A DNA stretch of 58,511 bases, from the NCBI RefSeq assembly GCF_004010195.1, contig NC_057719.1, positions 24,747,854 through 24,806,364 of the forward strand, written 5' to 3'. The first letter of the stretch is position 1, and each line of letters opens with the position of its first letter. Origin of the DNA: Chiloscyllium plagiosum. Taxonomy: Eukaryota. Below the pieces are notes generated by a model, which ran no database searches, was not told where the DNA came from, and worked only from the letters and a program-made list of their open reading frames with translations. Shown in pieces: positions 1-10,445 of the stretch. A program made the translations under genes and the position numbers.

Positions 1-455
1 CTGCCAATTTCCAAATGAGCCTCAAGCTCATCCAACTTATTTCTAATGCTTTGAGCATTCATGTATAGTATTTTTAATTTATTACTGCCCTCACCCTTCC
101 CATCAACTCCTATTTCACTCAACCTTACAGCATGATCCCTTTCTGAGTTTTCTGCCTCATTGATACAGTTGTCTTTCTTGACTTCCCTTGTTCTAACTTT
201 CCCTCCAATTTCCTTCTTAAACATCCAATTTGTCCCCTCCCCCCCGCTACTTAGTTTAAACTTAGCTGTGTTGCAGAAGCAAACCTGCCTGCCAGAATGC
301 TGGTCTGTAAACTATTAAGGTGCAAACCGTCTCTCTTGTAGAATTTATGCGTAGCTGTGTTGCAGAAGCAAACCTGCCTGCCAGAATGCTGGTCCGTAAA
401 CTATTAAGGTGCAAACCGTCTCTCTTGTAGAATTTATGCTTTCCACAAAACACAC
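1..455 (-). mobile_element. CR1-clade LINE fragment: ORF1 esterase C-terminus, spacer and start of ORF2 endonuclease
   Basis: YKRDGLHLN...ILAGRFASA is typical of the CR1 ORF1 SGNH-like end. Bases 1-80 on the minus strand read LKILYMNAQSIRNKLDELEA (APE N-terminus). Confidence 0.8.
263..439. repeat. Tandem duplication, 2 x 88 bp with 1-bp spacer
   Basis: 263-350 and 352-439 are identical except one base (ggtctgtaa vs ggtccgtaa). Confidence 0.95.
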
Positions 456-2280
456 CCTATCTGATGGAGTTAATGGATGGAAAGCTAGTTGGCATGGACT
501 GGGCTACATTCACAACTCTGTAATTTCTTGCGATCTTGGGCAGAGCAGTTGCTTTACCAAGCTATAATGTATCTGATAGGATTCCATTGGGTATCTACAA
601 AAACTGGGAAAAGTCATTGTGGACACGCTGAACTTCTTTAGTCTTCTGAGGAAAGGCAGTTGTTATGCTTTCTTGACCAAAAAAATGGTTGGGGATGGAC
701 CAGGACAAATTGTTAGTGATATTTACTCCAGGGAACTTGAAGCTCTCAACCATCTCCACCTCAGTATTGTTGATAAAGACAACGATATGTCCTCCACTCC
801 ACTTCCTTAAGTTGATGACCAACTCTTCCATTTTGCTGACATTGCGGGAGAGATTGGTGTCTTTACACCATGTCACTAAGCTCTCTATTTCTTTCCTGTA
901 TGCTGCCTCATTGTTGGTTAAGATCCAACCACTACAGTATGTCATCAGCAAACTTGTAAATGGAGTTGAAGCAGAATTCAGCCACACAGTTGTGAGTGAA
1001 AAAGTAGTATAGTAAGGGACTGAGTATTCAGCCTCACAGGGCACTGGTATTGAGGATTGTTGTGGAGGAGGTGTTGTCACCTATCTTTACTGGTCGCGGT
1101 CTACAGGTCAGGAAGTCGAACATCCAGCTGCAGTTAGGGGAACAGAGTCCTAGGTCTCAGAGATTGCAGATGAGTTTGGTAGGAAATGTGTTGTTGAACA
1201 CGGAACTAAAGTTAATAAATAGGAGTCTGACACAGGTGCCCTTGTTATCCAGATGTTCCAGGAATGAGTGCAGGCCAGGGAGATGGCATTAGCCATGGAC
1301 CTGTTGTGACAGGAGGCGCATTGTTGTTGATCAAAGCAAACTAGGAGGCTGGATTTGATCTGTGCCATTACTAAGTTCTCAAAGTACTTCATAATGATGG
1401 AAGTCAGAGCCACTGAGCAGTAGTCATAGAGTCACAGAGTCATAGAGATCTACAGCATGGAAACAGACACTTCAGTCCAACCCGTCCATGCCAACCCCAT
1501 TTTCTGCAGTTCCACACAAAGGCCACTTTGCTGATCTTTGAGGGGCCCTATTCTCAGTAGTCATATAGTCACAGAGTCATAGAGATCTACAGCATGGAAA
1601 CAGACACTTCAGTCCAACCCGTCCATGCCAACCAGATATACCAACCCAATCTAGTCCCACCTGCCAGCAGCCGTCCCATATCCCTCTAAACCCTTCCTAT
1701 TTATAAACCCATCCAAATGCCTCTTAAATGTTGCAATTGTACCAGCCTAAGGCTTCCCATTTTCCAGCCGTCCCTTTACCTGCGAACATAGTCATTAAGG
1801 CACATTTCCTGATTTTTCTTTGGCACCATGATGATGGTTTTGACGCAGTTAGGAAACTCATAGTAAGGAGATGTTAAAGATATCTGCAAATACTCCCACT
1901 AGCTGGTCTGGGCTCGCTTTGTAGCCCATAACAACATGGCCACAATCAGCATGCGTTCGTGTGGTTCGTCTGAAATGCTAGTTTCGTCTGGTATTGTCTC
2001 TTGGTGTCCCTGAATGGATTTGCAAAGGTAGTACCTAGATTTCCTGTACAGGTCAGGGTCACCCAACTTGAAAGCCTCAGACCTGGACTTCAGTAGGGAG
2101 TGGATCATCCGGTTCATTCATGGCTTCCTTAGGGAACACTTGGACTAACTTCTTTGCCACATGGTCCTCTACACACTTATTGACGAAGCAGACTCATTTA
2201 GGTTGGTCACTGTGCTCTTGAATATGGATCAGTCCATCAACTCGAAGCAGTTAGGTAGGAGCTGATCCATTACCTCAGAC
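456..2280 (-). mobile_element. Degraded Rex1/Babar-clade LINE (RT region), interrupted at about 1424-1788
   Basis: Fragments ALTSIIMKYFENLVMAQIKSSL, NNEAAYRKEIESLVTWCKDTNL..NVSKMEELVINLRK and VESFKFPGVNITNNLSWS are typical of the Rex1/Babar RT; multiple frameshifts. Confidence 0.8.
1424..1788 (-). mobile_element. Mosaic CR1 insertion (two 3' tails plus two internal ORF2 pieces)
   Basis: Segments match the 7037-9472 CR1 copy at non-adjacent positions; flanked by tagtcat on both sides. Confidence 0.85.
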
Positions 2281-3415
2281 CAGCGCTGTCGGATTTTCTG
2301 TACCTATTCTTGATCCCACCATTCTTGCAAGCTGCTGCCCATCTCCAACCTTTTTTTTTCTCCAAAGTCCTTGAATTTGTTGCCTTCCAAATTAGTGCCA
2401 ATCTTTCCTGAAATTCCATGTTTGAATCCCTCCAATTAGTTGTTTGCCTGCCTCCTCCTTGCCAAGGCCTGAGACAAATGGCTGCATGCTGTGCCATTTG
2501 TGGCTGAAAATTGTAAATGTGGCTATATTTCTACTATACAAGCCTGACTGGCATATAAAGCAATCTTGTTCCACATTCATTTATAGGCCTGTACTGAAAC
2601 AAGAGGACCATGGCCATTCAAGAGGTAGCCACAAAGCCAGCCCACCTCCCTCCTTTGAAGCCTGTCGTCAATTTTAAAATGCAGGCATCTTGTTTTCAGG
2701 TATGAAATAGATAAGCAGCAGTTCAAAGTCTACCAAATAAAAATTTCCAGCCTGTCTCCTCTCTGCAATAAAAGATACTTGTAGATGTATGAAAGAAAAA
2801 GGGTCAAACAATTGCTGCACACTGCACTATGAATAAATGGCAAACTCAGAGTGTAATCGTGCATTTCTGCTCTGAACCATATGCTGGTGACATGTTCCCT
2901 TCAATGAAGCATGAAACATCAGACAGGCAGCCCTTCTGGTTCAATGCAATTCCACCCATTCCTGGCCAAAACAGCAGCATTACTGAAAATCAATGATCAA
3001 CAAAGACCAATGACTCTTCCTTGTCCCTCAGCTACTGAACAAAGACATGAAAAGAAGTACAAAAGGCTTAACTCAGTTTTATGATGGGCGATGGATTCAG
3101 GGTGGGACATTTTGCAAAAAATAATAGAAACACAAAAGTTTTTGCATACATTACTGTAACAACAAAGGCAAGCAAATACCTTTCTGCTTGACCAGAGAAA
3201 AGAGTGCTTGACGCCAATCTGAAACAAAAAATCATCAGGATTGTTACTCATTAGCACACAACAAATGAATTACTCAGTTACATTCACTTCGAAACAATGA
3301 TTCATGTGTCAGAAAAATACAGGCATTGCTGTTTTGATAAAATATTCACTGCAGGCAACTCATTTTCATAGTTTCATTAACACACTTCAAACAAGATATT
3401 ACAAACTGTGGTTAC

Positions 3416-3556
3416 CTTCCGACTGACTGCAGAATATCAAGCAGCAAGGGAGCAGCTAAGTCTGGGCTCAAGTGAGTGAATGTTGAAAGTACAACAATAG
3501 CCAACCCCAACGTTTCTTCATCATACTCTTCAAGAACAGCCCCACAGTCAAGACAT
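3416..3556 (-). CDS. UNC79: UNC79 exon (141 bp, phase 2-2), last in window; gene continues beyond position 1
   Basis: (R)CLDCGAVLEEYDEETLGLAIVVLSTFTHLSPDLAAPLLLDILQSVGR. Acceptor ctttgttacag, donor gtaacc. Confidence 0.95.
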
Positions 3557-4009
3557 CTGTAACAAAGAATGAAAATGTTAGAATCTTCTTCAACACTAAA
3601 AGTATAAGTCTGGGTGTGAACAAAAAGTCCACTATCTGTGAATTCAAATTCCACAATAGCAGTCTGTAAAACTTACAAAAGCTGGATTAAGAATTCATGG
3701 GGCCTTGGGTGCCAAGAGCATTTGGAACCTATCCACACATCTACAAAAAGGAGCACTTGGCCTTACATGCAACCAACTTGCAAAATTAGGTTGACCTGGT
3801 TCTGACAATCTTCTTAACTGTGATAAGGTTTGATTAAGTAATTGTTATTTGTTATGTGAATTTCATCAGTAGCTTTATATCTGAATGGGAGTCATTGATG
3901 TAGATTAAAAGTATAAATGTTAATCCTACCAAGAAGGCATCCTAAATCAACGTGGTCCATACACCACAAAAACTGCTGAATTGTCCTATAATTCACTTCA
4001 TCATAACAT

Positions 4010-4275
4010 CATGTAGTTCAAAGAGGCCTGTGGGCCCATTGACTCTGTACTGATATACTGTTACCCACACTAGCCTCACTATCTTGCAGAAGGCTATAGT
4101 CTTGAAAGTAATGGTTCCTCAAATCCCCTCTAAATCTCCTGCCTTTCACTTTAAATTATGCCCCCTTGTTAGTGACTCTTCAAATAAAGGGAATATTTGC
4201 TTTCTTTTACCCAGTCCATGTCCCCCATAAGCTCGTACACCTCTGTCAGGTATTCCCCGAACCTTCTCTAATCTA
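4010..4275 (-). mobile_element. Degraded CR1 3'-end fragment
   Basis: aaatcccctctaaatctcctgcctttcactttaaattatgccccctt resembles the CR1 ORF2 C-terminus (RGH.FKV.GRRFRGD). Confidence 0.6.
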
Positions 4276-4817
4276 CAAGAGATTTTGTGCAATTACAAAA
4301 GTATAATGTAACTTGGTGGAGTTATGACATGCATATTTACCATGTGACAACTCCGTTACCACTTATACAATATTCAATTCTTATTTCTATTTATTTTGCA
4401 TTTGGTCCCCTTTTAGTAGGGTATTGTATGCTGCATTTTACCACACTGCTTCGACCTTCAAAAGCTGTAAATATTGAGGAGGCCATTTTCCAGACACACT
4501 CTCTTGTTTCTCAATGCAACTCATAAAATCACACTAGTAGTTTATGAACTTCCTCACTGCCAACATTTATCCAGAACGATGAGGCTAAGCAGTAAATAAA
4601 GAAAATAGCAAAGCACAGTTCTCAATGGTGCAAGTGAGTTATGCCTAAGTCTTTGTAAAACAACTCCTTCACAATATTTGATTTGAGAATTGCTTTAGTA
4701 GGCAACATCTTTACAAATGCAAGTCCATTTCACGTGCCTTCACTTTTCCTACATCTGCAATTCATGTTTTATAATCCTTCAGATGAAGTCATAAAGGCAG
4801 TTAATAAATTACCTTAC

Positions 4818-4920
4818 CTGTCAGACATTAGCGTTGGCTGATCATCTGTAAATTCTTCTGGTGCAGGAACAAACATACTGACTATGCTCTGTGCTGAAAG
4901 CAAACTAGATTTTGTTGCAC
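4818..4920 (-). CDS. UNC79: UNC79 exon (103 bp, phase 1-2), not in the supplied ORF track
   Basis: Manual translation GATKSSLLSAQSIVSMFVPAPEEFTDDQPTLMSD(R). Acceptor attacag, donor gtaagg. Confidence 0.93.
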
Positions 4921-5509
4921 CTGTAATGATAACAGGCAGTTACAAACGCTGGAATGTGTATACAAGCAAAATACTAAAATACTTAAATCTGTCTAAAGAA
5001 GAGCGTTTTTGCTCACTTTTCACAAGATTTAATACTGTATAAATAAATAAAGTCATAAAGAACTTTTCCAAATTATAATGAACATAATCAGATTAGTAAA
5101 ACTGCTTTCAAGCATCATTTTACAAGTTTTATGTTAGTGGGAACTTGGTGAGGCATCCAGCCAGAACTTAAATTCTGTGCTTCACAATGAAATTAAGTGG
5201 TGTCAGGTAAAGCAACATAACAAAGCTTTGTGTTTGGTATTGTAAAACTGTTTGGTAAAAGCACTGCAAAGTTGGCTCTGTTGTCGCAAAACACAGTTGA
5301 ATTGAGAGATGGAACCTTTTAAATATTTTACCAGTCAAACTTTTAAGTGACAAAATCTTGGCTGATTAACCAACTAATCTTTGTTGATGAATGTGACATC
5401 TGTTATTGAACATGGAAGGAAGTAGAATTTTTGAAAAGTGTAAGAGTAAAGTCATATAGTGGATTTACAGGGGTACAGATGACCTTCCCTCAGCTATTAT
5501 GTCCATTAG

Positions 5510-5714
5510 TTGAAAAGTGTGGTGCTGGAAAAGCACAGCAGGCCAGGCAGCATCTGAGGAGCAGGAGAATCGGCATTTTGGTCGTAAGTCCTTCATCAGG
5601 CTTATGCCCAAAACGTCGATTGTCCTGCTCCTCGGATGCTGCCTGGCCTGCTGCGCTTTTCCAGCACCACACTTTTCAACTCTGGTCTCCAGCATCTGCA
5701 GTCCTCACTTTCTC
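5510..5714 (+). mobile_element. Short fold-back element with degenerate hammerhead-like core (Penelope-like, non-autonomous), copy 1
   Basis: Inverted arms of about 85 bp; 3' end ...gcatctgcagtcctcactttctcc; 16-bp direct repeat ctattatgtccattag at 5494-5509 and 5715-5730. Confidence 0.85.
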
Positions 5715-6342
5715 CTATTATGTCCATTAGCACAGCACCAACCAGAAATCTGGTACTCACATTCTAAGAGATTAGTGGCCACTACAGGACTAAAAGGAGA
5801 CCAGAGGAAGAAGTAATAATGTCTCATAGACTTCAGGCAAATCCAGGGACTATCAATGGGCAAGGTTAGGAGACTCCCACAAGGGGAGAGCTGAGCTCAG
5901 GTTAGAGTGAGGGGGGTGCAATCATGTGATGCCCCCCCAATGGGCATAGGGAACACCCGCCCCCCCGAAACGCTTTCCCCCCTAACCAAAAATGAGCACC
6001 AGAAGCAAACCGAGGCACTTATTTAGTAGTGAACTGCCTACTTAAGTGTTTTAATAGCTGGAGGTCAGGCAACCTGTCCGATATCTTACCCTATCCCTGC
6101 AAGATGAAGGACAGGTTGGGATTGGCAGGAGGGTCCTGGCAAACTGCTTTCATTTATGTGCACCCTTGCTTTTAAATACATTAGCGGGCTGAAGGGCATA
6201 ACAAACATAAGAGAAGATTGAAGGGCTCATTTGGATTGGTATATCCATAATAAACACTTGCACTATGAATGGGTGCATATCCAACATAATGCTTTGTTTA
6301 GTTTTATAAATTACAAACGCACATGTCTGTAATCATTTATGA

Positions 6343-6484
6343 GGAGAAAGTGAGGACTGCAGATGCTGGAGATCAGAGCTTAAAAATGTGTTGCTGGAAG
6401 AAGGGCTTATGCCCGAAACATCGATTCTCCTGCTCCGTTGATGCTGCCTGGCCTGCTGCGCTTTTCCAGCAACACATTTTTAAG
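6343..6484 (-). mobile_element. Short fold-back element, copy 2 (opposite orientation, one arm truncated)
   Basis: Same family sequence as copy 1; TSD ctgtaatcatttatga (6327-6342) / ctataatcatttatga (6485-6500). Confidence 0.85.
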
Positions 6485-7594
6485 CTATAATCATTTATGA
6501 CATGTCAAAATAGGTCTTCAGAATTCAGATTAACTGCTTTTCTTGTATGTAGCCCAAATTAGTGGACCAACAAACTTTTTATCAGATATATATTTCCCAA
6601 TTATATCCTTAAGTTTACTAATTATAAAAAAGTGTGTATATCGGACCTTTGTTAAACTGGAGTGTAATGTGCCTGTACATTTGGATGTCATGTCTATGTA
6701 CTTGATAATTGCAATGCCAATGGATGAGTACCAACCTGAAGTCTCACAGAAACAGTGAAAGATCAATGCCACAGAATGGGATGATTTAACCTACTAAGTC
6801 TTGTGTAGCAAATGGGAAGATGGAAGCAAAGTTTTCAGATTTGATAAGGCCAGTGGACAGAAAAATAAAACAACAAAAGGGTCTTCCTGCTGCTGAGTAC
6901 AGCAAGTCCAATAAGCTCATTTCAATGGAGCTGTCAGCAATATACTGGAACCAATAACTTTGACATAGCAGTAGGCATATCAGAGAAACTGCTGGAGTGT
7001 TATTTCCCTAATGAATTTGACAGCTAATTAACTGCATAGACATAGAGTCATAGAGATGTACAGCATGGAAACAGACCCTTCCGTCCAACCCGTCCATGCC
7101 AACCAGATATCCCAACCCAATCTAGTCCCACCTGCCAGCACCCGGACCATATCCCTCCAAACCCTTCCTATTCATATACCCATCCAAATGCCTCTTAAAT
7201 GTTGCAATTGTACCAGGCCCCACCACATCCTCTGGCAGCTCATTCCAGACACGTACCACCCTCTGCGTGAAAAGGTTGCCCCTTAGGTCTCTTTTATATC
7301 TTTCCCCTCTCACCCCAAACCTATGCCCTCGAGTTCTGGACTCGCCGATCCCAGGGAAAAGACTTTGTCTATTTATCCTATCCATGCCGCTCATAATTTT
7401 GTAAACCTCTATAAGGTCATCCCTCAGCTTCCAACACTCCAGGGAAAACAGCCCCAGCCTGTTCAGCCTCTCCCTGTAGCTCAGATCCTCCAACCCTGGC
7501 AACATCATTGTAAATCTTTTCTGAACCCTTTCAAGTTTCACAACATCTTTCCGATAGGAAGGAGACCAGAATTGCAAACAATATTCCAACAGTG

Positions 7595-7725
7595 NNNNNN
7601 NNNNNNNNNNNNNNNNNNNNNNNNNNNNNNNNNNNNNNNNNNNNNNNNNNNNNNNNNNNNNNNNNNNNNNNNNNNNNNNNNNNNNNNNNNNNNNNNNNNN
7701 NNNNNNNNNNNNNNNNNNNNNNNNN
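7595..7725. other. Assembly gap
   Basis: Run of N inside a CR1. Confidence 1.
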
Positions 7726-8992
7726 ATGCAGCACCTCGCATTTATCTGAATTAAACTCCATCTGCCACTTCTCAGACCATTGGCCCATCTGGTCCAGATC
7801 CTGTTGTAATCTGAGGTAACCTTCTTCGCTGTCCACTACACCTCCAATTTTGGTGTCATCTGCAAACTTACTAACTTTACCTCTTATGCTCGCATCCAAA
7901 TCATTTATTTAAATGACACAAAGTAGAGGGCCCAGCACCGATCCTTGTTGCACTCCACTAGTCACAGGCCTCCAGTCTGAAAAACAACCCTCCACCACCA
8001 CCCTCTGTCTTCTACCTTTGAGCCAGTTCTGTATCCAAATGGCTAGTTCTCCCTGTATTCCATGAGATCTAACCTTGCTAATCAGTCTCCCATGGGAAAC
8101 CTTGTCGAACACCTTACTGAAGTGCATATAGATCACATCTACCGCTCTGCCCTCATCAATCTTCTTTGTTACGTCTTCAAAAAACTCAATCCAGTTTGTG
8201 AGACATGATTTCCCACGCACAAAGCCATGTTGACTATCCCTAATCAGTCCTTGCCTTTCCAAATACATGTACATCCTGTCCCTCAGGATTCCCTCCAACC
8301 CCTTGCCCACCACTGAGGTCATGCTCACCGGCCTATAGTTCCCTGGCTTGTCTTTACCGCCCTTCTTAAACAGTGGCACCACGTTTGCCAAACTCCAGTC
8401 TTCTGGCACCTCACCTGTGACTATCGATGATACAAATATCTCAGCAAGAGGCCCAGCAATCACTTCGATATCTTCCCACAGAGTTCTTGGGAACACCTGA
8501 GCAGGTCCTGGGGATTTCTCTACCTTTAATCGTTTCAAGAAATCCAGCACTTCCTCTTTGTAATCTGGACATTTTGCAAGATGTCACCATCTATTTCCCC
8601 ACAGTCTATAGCTTCCATATCCTTTTTCACAGTAAATACTGATGCAAAATATTCATTTAGTATCTCCCCCATTTTCTGTGGCTCCACACAAAAGCCACCT
8701 TGCTGATCTTTGTGGGGCCCTATTCTCTCCCTAGTTACCCTTTTGTCCTTAATATATTTGTAAAAGCCCTTTGGATTCTCCTTAATTCTATTTGCCGAAG
8801 CTATCTCATTTCTCCATTTTGCCCTCTTGATTTCCCTCTTAAGTATACTCCTACTTTCTTTATTTTCTTCTATGGATTCACTCGATCTATCCTGTCTATA
8901 CCTGACATATGCTTCCTTTTTCTGAACCAAACCCTCAATTTCTCTAGTCATCCAGCATTCCCTATACCTACCAGCCTTCCCTTTCACCCTGA

Positions 8993-9240
8993 AAATGTGT
9001 TGCTGGAAAAGCACAGCAGGTCAGGCAGCATCCAAGGAACAGGAGAATCGACGTTTCGGGCATAAGCCCTTCTTCAGGAATGAGGAAAGTGTGTCCAGCT
9101 GGACTCACTTTCCTTATTCCTGAAGAAGGGCTTATGCCCGAAACGTTGATTCTCCTGTTCCTTGGATGCTGCCTGACCTGCTGCGCTTTTCCAGCAACAC
9201 ATTTTCAGCTCTGATCTCCAGCATCTGCAGTCCTCACTTT
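8993..9240 (+). mobile_element. Short fold-back element, copy 3 (near-perfect 220-bp palindrome with hammerhead-like core on both strands), nested in CR1
   Basis: Palindrome centred on tccag|ctgga (9098/9099); 16-bp TSD ttccctttcaccctga at 8977-8992 and 9241-9256. Confidence 0.92.
9120..9147 (+). ncRNA. Putative minimal hammerhead ribozyme core (mirror copy on the minus strand at about 9050-9077)
   Basis: CTGAAGA-A-GGGC-TTAT-GCCC-GAAAC-GTT: CUGANGA and GAAA boxes with a 4-bp stem II. Stems I and III are very short. Confidence 0.55.
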
Positions 9241-9744
9241 TTCCCTTTCACCCTGACAGGAATATACTTTCTCTGGATTCTTGTTATCTCATTTCTGAAG
9301 GCTTCCCATTTTCCAGCCGTCCCTTTACCTGCGAACATCTGCCTCCAATCAGCTTTCAAAAGTTCTTGCCGAATACCATCAAAATTGGCCTTTCTCCAAT
9401 TTAGAACTTAAACTTTTAGATCTGGTCTATCCTTTTCCATCACTATTTTAAAACAAATAGAATTATGGTTGCAAAAGTTATTAAAATCAATCATAAAACG
9501 TAATGCTCTTCACATTACATTTGGGAAAAAAAGCTATTCTAGTACTCATACACTGTATATCTGGTACAATTCAAATAGATCAGCAAGACTCCAAATATAA
9601 TATCCACATGATGGCTAAAATTTATCATGGCTTTTTATCTGATTTTTAGTTTAAACTCTGCATTAATTTTGATTTCAGAAATCAACATGAATTTTCCTAT
9701 TTATTGCAGCAACTTACAGTGAAACAAATGACGTGTTTTTTATT

Positions 9745-10220
9745 AATTCCTGAGATGTGTGTTACTGGCTAAGCCAGCATTTTGCCTATCTCTTATTGCC
9801 CTGGATAAAGTGCGGTGAACTACATTCTTGAATCACTGCAGTCCTTGTATTGTGCGGACACCTACGGTGCTGCTAGAGGAGTTCCAGGATTTTGTCCCAG
9901 TAACAATAAAGGCACGACAATACACACCCAAGTCAGGTTGGGATGTGGCTTGCAGGTGAACTTGTACGTTATGGTGTCCCTATGTATCTGCTGCCCTTGT
10001 CCTTCTAGATGGTAGAAATTGTGCGATTGGAAGGTTCTGTCTGAGAAGTCTTAGTGAATTACAATAGTGAATCTTGTAGATCATATACACTACTACTACT
10101 GTGTGTTGGTGATGAAGGGAATGAACGTTTGTGGATGTGATGCCAATCAAGCAGGCTGCTTTGTCCTGGATGGAGTCATGCTTCTTGAGTGTTGTTGGAG
10201 CTGCTCTTATCCAGCCAAGT
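9745..10220 (-). mobile_element. Degraded LINE 3' fragment (CR1/L2 group, tail gggcaata..aatgctggc)
   Basis: WIRAAPTTLKKHDSIQDKAACLIG...SLHHQHTV is a LINE ORF2 C-terminus; the same tail occurs at about 15270-15310 and 31590-31610. Confidence 0.7.
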
Positions 10221-10445
10221 GGGGAGTTCAAAGTAGATGGTGGAATAAAAAAGTCAGAAAAGTATGCAAAACCTTCACTAAAGTAATTAAAATAACAAAT
10301 TGCAAAGAAAACAGATGGGAGGAGGCTCATGTGTAGCATAAACATCACTGGCAAAATCCATCTGTGCCAAGTGGTCTGCTCCTGTGCCATTCTTACAAGT
10401 TAATGAGTGGCATAGGAGCAGATTTAGAAAGGATGCAATCTAGTT

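Larger units (their letters stand above)
7037..9472 (-). mobile_element. Young 5'-truncated CR1 LINE (HER1-like), ORF2 RT and 3' UTR with (catagagt)n-type tail; contains a gap and a nested hairpin element
   Basis: ORFs with KSPGP, WSLANVVPLFKKG, NYRPVS, QHGFVRGKSCLTN, SGVQQGSVLGPLL, KFADDTKIGG, EYCLQFWSP, TRGHRF. Confidence 0.95.

Noticed and set aside
5510..5714. Hairpin elements as classical MITEs or CRISPR-like repeats
   Set aside because: The inverted arms are not terminal (extra fixed 3' tail of about 35 bp), TSDs are long and variable, and copies are dispersed with no spacer array; eukaryotic context.
5431..5816. Overlapping ORFs on both strands (MWCWKS.., VEKCGAGKAQQARQH..), also at 9166, 15954 and 41731-42345
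   Set aside because: By-products of the palindromic repeat read on both strands; no evidence of genes.
6655..6690. Plus-strand peptide ECNVPVHL resembling the missing UNC79 exon
   Set aside because: Wrong strand, only 4 matching residues, no splice context.
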